DNA of 64,000 nucleotides, taken from contig CBDCOX010000002.1 in assembly GCA_965219995.1 (NCBI GenBank), positions 544,001 to 608,000 of the forward strand, read 5' to 3'. The stretch is from Candidatus Latescibacterota bacterium (GTDB lineage: Bacteria; Latescibacterota; UBA2968; GCA-2709665). Made by a program: the position numbers and the translations under genes. The notes under the pieces were generated by a model, which was not told where the DNA came from, made no database searches, and saw only the letters and a list, made by a program, of their open reading frames with translations. Below, piece by piece: positions 30,067-40,795 of the stretch (positions are counted from its first letter, which is position 1; every line of letters starts with the position of its first letter).

Positions 30067-31326
30067 TCACTCCCCCGTGTACCCCCTTGACGCCCAGACC
30101 TTTCGGGCGAGCTTTTTGGCTTCGTCGGACGGTTCGATGTCGCCCAGGATGCTGGAGGGCGGCTGTCCGGCCCTTTTGCGGGCGGGGCCGGGTGACCAGT
30201 CGTCGTCTTCGTATTGCCTGCGCACCGATTCATCGCGGAAGTCGGGCACTTCCATCGGTGCGGAATCGTTCAGCGCCGAACGCCACGCCTGGATGCCGGC
30301 GATGCTCATGTCGATCCCCCTGTACACATCCAGATAGGGCTGCTCGCCCGTGCGGATCGCCTCGGCGAAGTGCCAGGAGGTGAAGAAGTCGCCGCCGCCG
30401 TGCCCGGTGCGGGTCGCTTTGTCGTGATGGACGGGAAAGTCGGGTTTGTAAACGGTTTCGACCGGATCGTCTTTGCGCTTCTCCCACGGCTCGTACCAGA
30501 CCCGCAGCCGCTGTCTGTCGCCGTGCCGGCAGTTTTCCATCACCCCTCTGTTGCCGTGGATGCGGACGTAGTTGCCGTGACCGCGCAGACCGCCGTGAAG
30601 GGACTTCATCACCGCGTCGTTGTCCATCCGGCAGATGATCACCGCGGCGGTGTCGGACCGCTTCATGTGCAGTGTCTGCGAGGGGTCGGCGAAATCGAAA
30701 GGGATGACGAATCCGTTCACTTTGGTGGGTCTGGTGTCGGTGATGTACATGACCGGCGCGATGGAATGCGTGCAGTAATACGTGGCCGGGGTCCAGTTGC
30801 GCCAGTGGTTTCGCCCGCAGCTTCGACCCAGTTTCACTTCGGGCGGGTCCGGGTGGACGTATTCGCCCTCGCCGTATTTGAACTCGCCCACGCGTCCTTC
30901 CTGATAGAGCCGCTTCATCTCCTGGTTGAAGACCATGTAGGGGTAGTTTTCGGCGAACATGTAGATCCTGCCGCTCTTTTCGACCGCCCTGGCCAGCGCG
31001 ACCCCTTCGCCGAGGGTGTGGCAGGCCGCAGTCTCGCTCATCACGTGCATTCCGGCGTTGAGCGCCTTGATGGCAAACGGGGCGTGCTCGTGGAAATAGT
31101 TCGCCAGCACGACCGCGTCCATGTCGCAGCCAAGGAAGTCGTCGTAGTCGACGAAGGTCCGGACGTTCAGCGTCTCACCCTCTGCAGTCAGCCGCTCTTC
31201 CCATGTGTCGCAGATTGCGATAATCTCCATCCCGGTCGCCCCGGCCGCACGCGCAAACGAGCGCCCGCGGCCGACGCCGACCACGCCGACCCGGATTTTC
31301 CGGATTTCACCTTCATTGGCCATCAT
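30067..31326 (-). CDS. Gfo/Idh/MocA family oxidoreductase
   Basis: VGVVGVGRG, HVMSE, AENY, GEYVH, YCTHS, GHGGGDF. Confidence 0.88.
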   Translation of the reverse strand: MMANEGEIRKIRVGVVGVGRGRSFARAAGATGMEIIAICDTWEERLTAEGETLNVRTFVDYDDFLGCDMDAVVLANYFHEHAPFAIKALNAGMHVMSETAACHTLGEGVALARAVEKSGRIYMFAENYPYMVFNQEMKRLYQEGRVGEFKYGEGEYVHPDPPEVKLGRSCGRNHWRNWTPATYYCTHSIAPVMYITDTRPTKVNGFVIPFDFADPSQTLHMKRSDTAAVIICRMDNDAVMKSLHGGLRGHGNYVRIHGNRGVMENCRHGDRQRLRVWYEPWEKRKDDPVETVYKPDFPVHHDKATRTGHGGGDFFTSWHFAEAIRTGEQPYLDVYRGIDMSIAGIQAWRSALNDSAPMEVPDFRDESVRRQYEDDDWSPGPARKRAGQPPSSILGDIEPSDEAKKLARKVWASRGYTGE

Positions 31327-31340
31327 TCAATCCCTTATCC

Positions 31341-31582
31341 TGATTAATTCACTAAACATGAACTTACATGGATGGACAGGATGGACAGGATATAAACCAA
31401 GAGCAGGACAAGAGCTCACGATTCCGGGCCAGACCGATGGATCCTTACCTCGGTGAGCTACGAAACATCACCCTGACCAATCAGCTACGTAAATCATGAA
31501 ATGCCGTTGCAAATTACTTCGCTGAATTTATTGAAAAACAACCCGTTATACTTCAAAACCATGGGTTTTCGTGAATAATTCA
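31341..31582 (-). repeat. 242-bp MITE-like element, copy 2 (inverted)
   Basis: Reverse complement of 23876-24117 with scattered mismatches; ends TGATTAATTCA and TGAATAATTCA. Confidence 0.85.
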
Positions 31583-31813
31583 ACCTATGATGTGCAGCGG
31601 AAATCGTGAATCGGGAATGGCATCTCCGATCCACACGAAAATCGCCCCCATTCCCTCGCGTCATTCGGAATTTACGTCCGGTCTTCATCTGGCGCAAACA
31701 CACTTTTCTTGTTACAATAGATCGTACCTCGCCGAATCAGTCTGTTGGCGTCAATGCATCGCTGCGACGTGTTATTGCGAGGATCTGTTGAAACGCCAAA
31801 GGGTTAATGTAAG

Positions 31814-32632
31814 ATGGAGACCGACACGAAGACGAGTTCCGGACTGAGCCCGGCGCAAAAGTATTTCTTCGACGTCAACGGCTACGTATTGCTTCAGGGG
31901 ATCTTCAGCCCGGAAGAATGCGGCCGTCTGATCGATCTCGCGGACAGGATGGACGTCGATGATACATGCGCGTACAAGCACGACGGCTATCCGAAGACCG
32001 CGACGCTGACCGTTCTCTCAAGGTGCGCCTGGTATGATCCGTACTTGCTGGAGACCGCCTTGCACCCCGTCCTGCTCCCGATCATCGAGGAGGTCGTCGG
32101 CGGTGACGTGCGCCTGGAAGAACATCAGTTCCTGATCAACTATCCTGATGAGCCTCCCGCCGACACCGGCACACCGTCATGCAAGGTCGCGGACGAAGGG
32201 TGGCACCGGGGTATCGCCCCGAACGTCGGCGGTTTCGAGGCGGATGAGCACTACCACTGTATGTTCAGCAAAGCCTTCATCTACCTGACCGACAACGGCC
32301 CGGGAGAGGGCACCTGGGTGGTGCCGGGAAGCCACCGCATGAATTTGCCCATGGCAACGCTTCGCGAATTCATGGACGAAACCCTGGCGCGGCAACTGCA
32401 ATCCCGTGCCGGAGACGTGCTCATCCTTAGTGAAACGCTCATCCACGCCGGTCCCCGGCTGGGCGCGGGCGCGCGGCCGCGGTATTCGCTCGTGTACGGA
32501 TATACGCCGCCGTTCATGCAGACGTGGAATCGATACGATCCGCCCGCTGATCTGCTCGAACGGGTGACGCCCGAACAACGGCGCCTGCTGACCGGCGAAC
32601 TTCGATACGCATTCCGCCGCGGGCAATTCTGA
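31814..32632 (+). CDS. Phytanoyl-CoA dioxygenase (PhyH) family protein
   Basis: FDVNGY, WHRG, YLTD, VVPGSH, AGDVLI, LIH. Confidence 0.82.
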   Translation: METDTKTSSGLSPAQKYFFDVNGYVLLQGIFSPEECGRLIDLADRMDVDDTCAYKHDGYPKTATLTVLSRCAWYDPYLLETALHPVLLPIIEEVVGGDVRLEEHQFLINYPDEPPADTGTPSCKVADEGWHRGIAPNVGGFEADEHYHCMFSKAFIYLTDNGPGEGTWVVPGSHRMNLPMATLREFMDETLARQLQSRAGDVLILSETLIHAGPRLGAGARPRYSLVYGYTPPFMQTWNRYDPPADLLERVTPEQRRLLTGELRYAFRRGQF

Positions 32633-32764
32633 GGATCGGCGTCGCCCCACCTGCAAGATGCGCAGCGACCGCAATAGGGTGCACGTCGGCAATTTGAATC
32701 CCATTCTCTTGTAACGAGCCCGCCCGGATCGGGTAACCGGCAACACGAATGGAGGGCAGCACCC

Positions 32765-33913
32765 ATGGCTGAGGAAAAAGGGACGGCTTTCCGGTCAGAA
32801 TACGTTCGCTGGCTCGTCGTTGTTGTTTGTATATACGTACTGCTGGTGGCCGTCGGCCTGATCGGCAAGGGTTTTCGTCTGGAATTCGGCGATGCGGAGG
32901 GCATCGGATCCCTGTTCGCACTGGCGACCAATCCGTTCATCGGACTGGTTCTCGGTATCCTCGCGACGGCCTTGCTCCAGTCTTCCAGCACCGTTACTTC
33001 CATCATCGTCGGTCTGGTCGCGGGGGGAATGCCCATTGCGATGGCGATCCCCATGGTAATGGGCGCCAACGTCGGGACGACGATCACGAACACGATTGTC
33101 AGTTTCGGGCACGTGGGCCGGTCGGGCGAGTTCAGAAAAGCATTCGCAGCGGCCACGGTACACGATTTCTTCAATGTCCTGAGCATCGCAATTTTCCTGC
33201 CGCTGGAGCTCGTGTTCGGCTTTCTCGATAAACTGAGCGGCGAGTTGACCCATATCGTTGAAAACATCGGGTCAGTCGACGCGGGCGGGAAGGGAATCTT
33301 CAAGGTCGTCATCGGTTTCGGTACCGGCCTTTTCGAGTCGGCGATATCCTGGCTCCCCGACGTGTGGGCGGGACTGGTCTTGATCATCCTGGGAATCGCG
33401 CTTATTCTGATCTCGATCATGTATCTGGGAAAGGCGCTGAAGAGCGTGTTCGTGGGCAAGGCGCAAAGGTTCCTGCACGCGGCCGTCGGCAAGGGTCCGG
33501 TTACCGGTATCTTCTCCGGTACGGTGGTTACCGTGCTGGTGCAGTCGTCTTCGACCACCACAAGCCTCATCGTGCCCCTGGCCGGGTCGGGCGTGATCGG
33601 GCTTCGTCAAGTCTACCCGTTCACGCTCGGCGCCAACATCGGGACAACCATCACCGCGCTCCTCGCCGCGACCGCAATCACGGGCCCCACCCATGCCGTT
33701 GCGCACCAGATCGCGATTGCGCATTTTCTCTATAATCTGGTGGGTGTCGTCGTCATCTACGGCATCCCCTGGCTGCGGGGGATTCCGATCGTGGGCGCCG
33801 AGTGGCTTGCGCGCCTCGGCAGCGAAAGGAAATGGTTGGCCATCCTGTATATCGTCTTTGCGTTCTTCGGCATCCCGGCGGCGCTCGTGTTTGCCAACGC
33901 GTGGCTGTTCTGA
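32765..33913 (+). CDS. Na+/phosphate symporter (NptA/SLC34-like)
   Basis: Two QSSS motifs, GANVGTT and GANIGTT, ATVHDFFN. Confidence 0.92.
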   Translation: MAEEKGTAFRSEYVRWLVVVVCIYVLLVAVGLIGKGFRLEFGDAEGIGSLFALATNPFIGLVLGILATALLQSSSTVTSIIVGLVAGGMPIAMAIPMVMGANVGTTITNTIVSFGHVGRSGEFRKAFAAATVHDFFNVLSIAIFLPLELVFGFLDKLSGELTHIVENIGSVDAGGKGIFKVVIGFGTGLFESAISWLPDVWAGLVLIILGIALILISIMYLGKALKSVFVGKAQRFLHAAVGKGPVTGIFSGTVVTVLVQSSSTTTSLIVPLAGSGVIGLRQVYPFTLGANIGTTITALLAATAITGPTHAVAHQIAIAHFLYNLVGVVVIYGIPWLRGIPIVGAEWLARLGSERKWLAILYIVFAFFGIPAALVFANAWLF

Positions 33914-33962
33914 ATCGCGGACGCAACGTCCAGCCAATCGCCTGCAATGAGGAACATACCTT

Positions 33963-34991
33963 ATGCCTTTTGGAGTCGCGGTTCTTGGAACCGGCCGCAT
34001 CGGCGGCAGCTATATCGACGTGGTGAAGAAGGCGCGTGGCGCCGATATCAGGGTTGTCGCGGAACCCCGGGACGATGCCGCTGCGCGCTGGCGGAGCCGG
34101 CATCCCGACGTCGATTTCGTCTCCGACTACCGGGAGACCCTGGAGCGCGGCGACGTGGACGTCGTCATCGGGACCCTGCCGCACTGGCTCCATCACCGGG
34201 CCGCGCTGGATGCCGCGGCCGCCGGCAAGCACGTTTACATGGAGAAACCGCTGGCCGCGTGGGCATGGCAGGCGGAGGAGATGCTGGCCGCGGCAGGCGA
34301 GAGCGGCGTCAAACTCATGACCGCACACACCCAGCGCTATTTCCCGGCCGTCAAGGCGATGAAGGGCGTTGTGGACCGTGGCGACCTGGGGTCGTTGATC
34401 ATGGCGTACGACATGTGGCACAAGCCCTATGTACCCTACAACCGGCCGGCGTGGATGCTGGACCGCGAACGGGGAGGCGGCATGGGTCAGATGGACGGCA
34501 CCCACCAGATCGACCGGCTGCTCTGGATCATAGGGAATGACGTTGCGACGGTCTCGGCGCAACAGGGGCAGTTCACCCACCCGAGATCGGATCATCCGAA
34601 AATCGATTGCGATGACACGGGAATGTACTTCTTCCGGTGGAAGAGCGGCGTGGTGGCAACGGTCAGCCGCATCGCGTGGGAGCGCGGGGCCACGGAGTAC
34701 GGCGGCGACTGGTTTTTCACGGATGGTATGGCGCGTTTCCGATTACCGTATGGCGGCGGCGATCCGCCGGGGTTGTTCATCGCTGACACGGGCGACGGGG
34801 TCTGGCGGCGCGAACCCGTTCCGGCTCGCGACAGTCTGCTGGACGAATTCACCGATTTCATCGGATCGCTCGAGCGAGGCGACGAGGATACACCGGTACC
34901 CCAGGTTCACGGACTGAACGTGCTCAGGGTACTGGAAGCCACCGAAGAATCCGCGCGGACCGGGCGTGAAGCGGTCCTGGACCTGGAGTAG
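33963..34991 (+). CDS. Gfo/Idh/MocA family oxidoreductase
   Basis: VAVLGTGRIG, GKHVYMEKP, GTHQID. Confidence 0.88.
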   Translation: MPFGVAVLGTGRIGGSYIDVVKKARGADIRVVAEPRDDAAARWRSRHPDVDFVSDYRETLERGDVDVVIGTLPHWLHHRAALDAAAAGKHVYMEKPLAAWAWQAEEMLAAAGESGVKLMTAHTQRYFPAVKAMKGVVDRGDLGSLIMAYDMWHKPYVPYNRPAWMLDRERGGGMGQMDGTHQIDRLLWIIGNDVATVSAQQGQFTHPRSDHPKIDCDDTGMYFFRWKSGVVATVSRIAWERGATEYGGDWFFTDGMARFRLPYGGGDPPGLFIADTGDGVWRREPVPARDSLLDEFTDFIGSLERGDEDTPVPQVHGLNVLRVLEATEESARTGREAVLDLE

Positions 34992-35006
34992 GAAGGAGAG
35001 GGGAAA

Positions 35007-35750
35007 ATGGACGATATGCGGTCATTTTTCGAGGAAAACGGCTACTACCTTGCCAGAGGCGTATTTTCGCCTGGTGAAGTGGGCCGGCTGGAAGACGAAT
35101 TCGATCGAATTGTGCGTCAGATCGGCAGAAACGACAAGAATGGCTCCGCAAACGGCAACGGCGTCATCAGCACCCGCAACGTGCAGCAGTATTCCGGTCT
35201 GTGGATGGCCGCCCTGCTTCAGGATGAATTCCTCGACATTGTCGAACGACTCATCGGTCCGGATATCGTCCTCAATCATTCCACGCTCTTCGAGAAGCGG
35301 ATGACAACCGCAAAAACACCCTTCCACATGCACCAGGACTGGAGCTACCTGCCGACCCGGATGAACACCATGATTGCCGGTATGATCCACGTCAGCGAGG
35401 CCACGGAGGAAATGGGCTGCCTCAGAGTCTATCCCGGCTCCCACAGACACGGCCGGGTGGAAGGCTCTACGGCGACGAATGCGGCGTTCCACGAACAGTT
35501 TCCGTTTGAGGGGTCCACGGCGATTGAAGCACGGCCGGGTGACGTCACGTTTTTCGACTACTTCATTGTTCACGGCTCGCGGTCCAACCGCTCTGAAACG
35601 CCGAGGAAGGTGGTGATCGCGCGGATGTTTTCCGGCAGGGACCGGAAGGAAGACATCCATCAGTTCAGTGAAAATCTGGTGCTGCGCGGTTGGAATTATC
35701 ATACCACCACGGCCACGGCCAGGAAAACCGTTGTGAGGGCGGAAAAGTAA
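35007..35750 (+). CDS. PhyH family dioxygenase
   Basis: FEENGY, HQD, GCLRVYPGSH, PGD, VHGS. Confidence 0.87.
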   Translation: MDDMRSFFEENGYYLARGVFSPGEVGRLEDEFDRIVRQIGRNDKNGSANGNGVISTRNVQQYSGLWMAALLQDEFLDIVERLIGPDIVLNHSTLFEKRMTTAKTPFHMHQDWSYLPTRMNTMIAGMIHVSEATEEMGCLRVYPGSHRHGRVEGSTATNAAFHEQFPFEGSTAIEARPGDVTFFDYFIVHGSRSNRSETPRKVVIARMFSGRDRKEDIHQFSENLVLRGWNYHTTTATARKTVVRAEK

Positions 35751-35824
35751 AAGGGCAGGCCCGCGTGAAGACCGGCGCCGCGGGGCGGACTGCCGAATCG
35801 CCGAATGAAATATTAATTATTTAA

Positions 35825-35853
35825 TTGACCGGACGACGACATTTCCATATATT
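35825..35853 (+). promoter_or_regulatory. Sigma70-type promoter in an AT-rich leader
   Basis: TTGACC, 17 bp, TATATT preceded by an AT-rich UP-like tract. Confidence 0.6.
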
Positions 35854-36003
35854 AAATTATTAATGGATATAATGTGACACTGGGGATCAACGTACGGATC
35901 TCGATAGCCCGTACGGCCGCCAGGTCATTCAGAGGCACGTCGAAAAGTCCCGATCGAAACGTGGCCACCGCCTGTGCTGCGTGCGCCGCGCCTGTTAAAA
36001 CGT

Positions 36004-37250
36004 GGTCATTGAGCTTGTCGAAATGCCCGTATATTGGGATCCCGTCGACACTCGCGTAACCTCGGCATGCCCTTCTGGGCGCGGACGTGCCGCCTCTGAG
36101 GCTCGGGACACGTACAATCCATGCACGCGCGAGCCGATGCTGCAGTAGATCCTTCGTCAGCCGGCCAGCCGATGACCCTCTGGCAGGCCGGACCGCTTCC
36201 TCAGGATGACAGTACTTGCAAACGTGTAACATCCACATTTTCCGTTGGTTATTGCAAAACATGTCATTCTGAGCGCAGCGAAGAATCTCCCGTATTCTCG
36301 ATTGTCGGTAACGCTACGACAACGCGGTAAACACATTTGCGCGGACACGTCACCGGTTTGGCGGTTTCTTCTGGATGACGGATTAGGTGCGTGCCGGCAG
36401 ACAGGAATGTCTGCCCCACCCTAAAAGCGGCTTTGTCATCGTCTCCACCTTGCCGTGAATCCCCACGATTATTGTAGGGGCGTCCCTTGTGGGCGCCCGC
36501 CCTCTCGCAACGGAGATGATCGCCAATCTTGTCATTGTGAACTGGTTTTGAAAAGCCCGTATCGAACCGCGGTCATTGAGCTTGTCGAAATGCCCGTATA
36601 TTGGGATTCCGTCGAAACTTGCGCCAACGCGGCATGCCCTTCTGGGCGCGGACGTGCCGCCTCTGAGGCTCGGGACACTTACAATCCATGCACGCGCGAG
36701 CCGATGCTGCAGTAGATCCTTCGTCAGCCGGCCAGCCGATGACCCTCTGGCAGGCCGGACCGCTTCCTCAGGATGACAGTACTTGCAAACGTGTAACATC
36801 CACATTTTCCGTTGGTTATTGCAAAACATGTCATTCTGAGCGCAGCGAAGAATCTCCCGTATTCTCGATTGTCGGTAACGCTACGACAACGCGGTAAACA
36901 CATTTGCGCGGACACGTCACCGGTTTGGCGGTTTCTTCTGGATGACGGATTAGGTGCGTGCCGGCAGACAGGAATGTCTGCCCCACCCTAAAAGCGGCTT
37001 TGTCATCGTCTCCGCCTTGCCGTGAATCCCCACGATTATTGTAGGGGCGTCCCTTGTGGGCGCCCGCCCTCTCGCAACGGAGATGATCGCCAATCTTGTC
37101 ATTGTGAACTGGTTTTGAAAAGCCCGTATCGAAACGTGGTCATTGAGCTTGTCGAAATGCCCGTATTCAGTCAGTTCCTGAAACCTTCGCCGACCCTTCG
37201 ACAAGCTCAGGGAGCGGCTCAGAGCGCGACAACGCGGTCAACACACTTGC
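36004..37250. repeat. 567-bp tandem repeat (two full units plus a partial third) made of REP-like palindromes
   Basis: GGTCATTGAGCTTGTCGAAATG at 36004, 36571 and 37138; units differ at several positions. Confidence 0.92.
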
Positions 37251-37298
37251 GCGGAGAAATCGTCGTCGGCGAGGCGGCCAGACATAAGGAGGTCCGAA

Positions 37299-38849
37299 GT
37301 GAAATCCATATGGCTCACGCTATTCGCGTTGTCCCTCCCTGGGTCGCTTTCGGCGAAGGCGACGCTGACGATCGACGGCGCGTCCACGGACAGTACGATC
37401 ACCATCAAATATGATGTCCCGGAGAGTTCACACGTCCAGGTGAGGATCGTATCGACCGGTGGCACACTCGCAGCGCCACAATACGGTTTTCAGGCGCCCG
37501 GGAACTATACGATCGTACAGGACAAATCCGGATTTCCCAGGGGTGATTACCATGTGCAGTTGATATTGGATCGTGATCGGGACAAGGTGACCCGGCGTCG
37601 TTTCCTTCACAGCCCTTCGGGAAGGCCGATTGCACGGTCAAGAGAAGAACGAAACCTCTACAATCGATCGTTCATCAGCACCACGTTCGACCCGAAACAG
37701 GCTGTTGAACTTTGGAATGAACTGCTCACCCGGTATCCCGACTATGCAGGCAGGGGTGCGGCAATTCTATATTCGATCCCGGCCAGAATGTCCGCGACAG
37801 ACAGCATTGACGTCCACGCCGCCGCAGACAGTGCTGCAGCGTTGTTCGCATATCCCGCGACTTACGTGACCATCGGTCGTTTCCTTAGCGGCTTGGAAGT
37901 ACCGGCCAGTGTTAAAACGCGGTACCCGGAAACTGCGTTGAGTTATGCGGAAAGGGCCGTATTGCACATCGGCGATGTACCGGAACCCTACCGCAACGAG
38001 GCGCTCTATCGTTGCCAGCATCTCAGGGGTCACTGCCTGCAACTCCTGGGCAGATTCGATGAGGCCGAAAAGGCTTACAAAGAGGCCATTGAGACGCTCG
38101 CGTCGGTGGAGGGCGCCGGCACTTACATGGATTTCCTGCAGGACGTCTGGGCGTACCAGGGGCTCGCGTCGCTCTTCGAACAGCAGGGCAGGCACAGTAA
38201 CGCGGTCGAATTTTACGAAAAGGCAGTCAAGAGCAACCCGAGGAACCCTGAACTTTGGATGGCCTTGCAGCGAAATTTCAACCTCGCTCATGGGTCCGAC
38301 ACGGGATATGAGGCATACAGCCGGAAACTCGAAGCTTCAGTTCGGGGCGACGAGCATGAGAAGAAACACGGCCTACTGGGCAAGCCGCTACCGGGATTTG
38401 TACTGGCGCGATTGGACGGGGGTACGTTGTCGCTAGATCAGATTAAGGGCAACGTGAGCGTCCTGAACTTCTGGGCGTTCTGGTGCGGGCCCTGCATGTA
38501 TGAACTGCCGGTGATTGCCCGACTTGCGCGAGAAAATTCCGGGCGTGGGGTCAAAGTGGTTACCATCCACACGCCTCTGGAGTCCGTTCCCGGCATCACG
38601 AAAGAAGAATACCCGTCTGTCGTTAAGAACGCCGTGAGCAAGTACGAAGGCTCGTTTGAGACCGTCTGGGACAGCAAGGAACAGAACTTCGCGGTACGGT
38701 CCGGGACAAAATCCCTGCCGGTAACGCTGGTTGTGGACAGAGAAGGGATCGTTCGATACCGGATGGTGGGTTTCGATCCGGACAACGCCTACCGGAAACT
38801 CAAGGCGGCTGTGGATGGCTTGCATGTCGCTTCGGCCGAGCCGCGGTAG
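37299..38849 (+). CDS. Secreted TPR-repeat protein with a C-terminal TlpA/redoxin domain
   Basis: AAGGAGG RBS, signal peptide, TPR-like helices, NFWAFWCGPC. Confidence 0.82.
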   Translation: MKSIWLTLFALSLPGSLSAKATLTIDGASTDSTITIKYDVPESSHVQVRIVSTGGTLAAPQYGFQAPGNYTIVQDKSGFPRGDYHVQLILDRDRDKVTRRRFLHSPSGRPIARSREERNLYNRSFISTTFDPKQAVELWNELLTRYPDYAGRGAAILYSIPARMSATDSIDVHAAADSAAALFAYPATYVTIGRFLSGLEVPASVKTRYPETALSYAERAVLHIGDVPEPYRNEALYRCQHLRGHCLQLLGRFDEAEKAYKEAIETLASVEGAGTYMDFLQDVWAYQGLASLFEQQGRHSNAVEFYEKAVKSNPRNPELWMALQRNFNLAHGSDTGYEAYSRKLEASVRGDEHEKKHGLLGKPLPGFVLARLDGGTLSLDQIKGNVSVLNFWAFWCGPCMYELPVIARLARENSGRGVKVVTIHTPLESVPGITKEEYPSVVKNAVSKYEGSFETVWDSKEQNFAVRSGTKSLPVTLVVDREGIVRYRMVGFDPDNAYRKLKAAVDGLHVASAEPR

Positions 38850-39047
38850 ACCAGGGCGCCCGGCCTCCCAGGGTACCGGGAACCTTTGCCTCTCCAGTGC
38901 GTCTAATATAAGATGTAAGAATCAGTTACTGCGCCTGCCGTTCGCTCGAAACAAGCGAATAAACGGCGCGCTGGCGCAGCCCGTTCCAAGTGTCCCATCT
39001 TGCGACACTCAGCGCAAATCCGAGGGCCATCACAGAAAGGAGCGCCA

Positions 39048-40766
39048 ATGAGGACGATTCCCAGGATGTTCTGCCTCTGGCTTTTCTGTACCGCATTTAC
39101 AGCGGCCGGAATCGGGGCGGAGACCGCCTCCCCGCTGCTGCAGGCCATGCGGGAGGAAATGTCCCGCTCCATTGACCTGCTCAAACGGCAGCCGGTCCCG
39201 CCCTATTTTCTAAGTTATGAAATCACCGAGACACACGAGGTCCGTGTTGACGCATCGTTCGGCGCGCTGACCCGGAATCGGGAAACGCGCCGGCGTTTGT
39301 TGGACATCGATCTGCGCGCGGGAGACTATGCTTTCGACAATACCCACCCTGTCCGGGGACGAATACCCAGCTGGACCCGTCGGTTTTCAAGGATGGAAAT
39401 CCCCGTTGAGAATGACCCTGACGCGATTCGCAGCGTCCTCTGGTACCACACCGACGAAAAGTACAAGCGCGCACTTGAGCAATTGACAACCGTCACGACA
39501 CACGTCCAGGTCAAAGTGGAAGAGGAGGACCGGTCGGCCGATTTCTCCCGAGAGCCGGTTGTGCAATACGTGGAGGAACCCGCATCCTTCGATATCTCCC
39601 GTGATGAATGGGTGATCAGGCTCAAGAAATACACGGCGCCGTTCGCCAGGCACGGCGACATCTACGACGCTGATGCCAGTCTCACCGCGAATATCTCGAC
39701 TCGCCAGTACGTCAACAGCGAGGGCAGCGAGATCCAGACTTCACAAGTGCTCTACCGGCTCTTCATCTACGCCTTCACCAAGGCAGACGACGGCATGGTC
39801 CTGCCGCGTTACGAGTCCTTTTCCGCCGTCAGCGCGGAAGGCTTGCCCGGCGATGACGAAATCCTTGAGCTTGTCGGTCGCATGATCGCTGATCTCCAGG
39901 CCCTGCGCAACGCTCCGGTGGTGGCTCCCTACACGGGACCCGCCATCCTCTCGGGGCGTGCCAGCGGGGTCCTGTTCCACGAAATCTTCGGGCACCGCAT
40001 CGAGGGCCACCGCCAGAAGCGCGAGGAGGAGGGACAGACCTTTAAGAAGAAGATAGGTGAAAGAATACTCCCCTCGACGTTCTCGGTGTACTTCGATCCC
40101 ACACGAAAAAGCAGCGGAAGCGAAGATCTTGCGGGGGCCTACGCGTACGACAATCAGGGCGTCAGGGCGCGGCGTGTGGCCGTTGTCGAAAACGGTATTT
40201 TCCGACGGTTCCTCATGTCGCGTTCGCCCATCGAGAATTTTCCGAACTCCAACGGACATGGTCGCAAACAGCCGGGCTACAGGCCGGTCGCGCGGCAGTC
40301 CAACCTCATTGTGGAGACCTCGGACCCGCTTACCCGGGACGGGCTCAAGGAATTGCTCATCGAACAGTGCCGCAAGGAGGGTAAGGAATTCGGCCTTTAC
40401 TTCGAGGATATCCAGGGGGGATTCACCATCACCGGCCGTGGGTTTCCCAATGCATTCAACGTGCTTCCCATCATGGTCTACCGGATTTACGCGGACGGTC
40501 GAGAGGAACTTGTGCGTGGCGTCGACCTGATCGGAACACCGCTGACCGCCTTCAGCCGAATCGCCGCCGCCGACGATCGCATTGGTGTATTCAACGGCAT
40601 TTGCGGCGCTGAGTCGGGATGGGTTCCGGTGGCTGCCGTGTCACCGGGTATTTATATCTCTCAGATCGAGGTGCAGAAGAAAACCAAGTCCCAGGAGAGG
40701 CGTCCCATCCTCGACGCGCCGACCTCCGAAACGCCTCAAGACGAAGAAGACGGAGACCTCCTCTGA
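39048..40766 (+). CDS. TldD-family metallopeptidase with signal peptide
   Basis: HEIFGH (HExxxH), SNGHGR, RQSNL, C-terminal CGAESG. Confidence 0.87.
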   Translation: MRTIPRMFCLWLFCTAFTAAGIGAETASPLLQAMREEMSRSIDLLKRQPVPPYFLSYEITETHEVRVDASFGALTRNRETRRRLLDIDLRAGDYAFDNTHPVRGRIPSWTRRFSRMEIPVENDPDAIRSVLWYHTDEKYKRALEQLTTVTTHVQVKVEEEDRSADFSREPVVQYVEEPASFDISRDEWVIRLKKYTAPFARHGDIYDADASLTANISTRQYVNSEGSEIQTSQVLYRLFIYAFTKADDGMVLPRYESFSAVSAEGLPGDDEILELVGRMIADLQALRNAPVVAPYTGPAILSGRASGVLFHEIFGHRIEGHRQKREEEGQTFKKKIGERILPSTFSVYFDPTRKSSGSEDLAGAYAYDNQGVRARRVAVVENGIFRRFLMSRSPIENFPNSNGHGRKQPGYRPVARQSNLIVETSDPLTRDGLKELLIEQCRKEGKEFGLYFEDIQGGFTITGRGFPNAFNVLPIMVYRIYADGREELVRGVDLIGTPLTAFSRIAAADDRIGVFNGICGAESGWVPVAAVSPGIYISQIEVQKKTKSQERRPILDAPTSETPQDEEDGDLL

Positions 40767-40795
40767 TTTCCATTCCAGCCCGCGGGAGCCATCTC

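Noticed and set aside
36004-37250. CRISPR array behind an AT-rich leader
   Set aside because: The period is 567 bp, the intervening sequence is repeated rather than unique, and no cas genes are present
35852-37414. Short ORFs within the tandem array
   Set aside because: They are duplicated translations of palindromic repeats with no family motifs or convincing RBS
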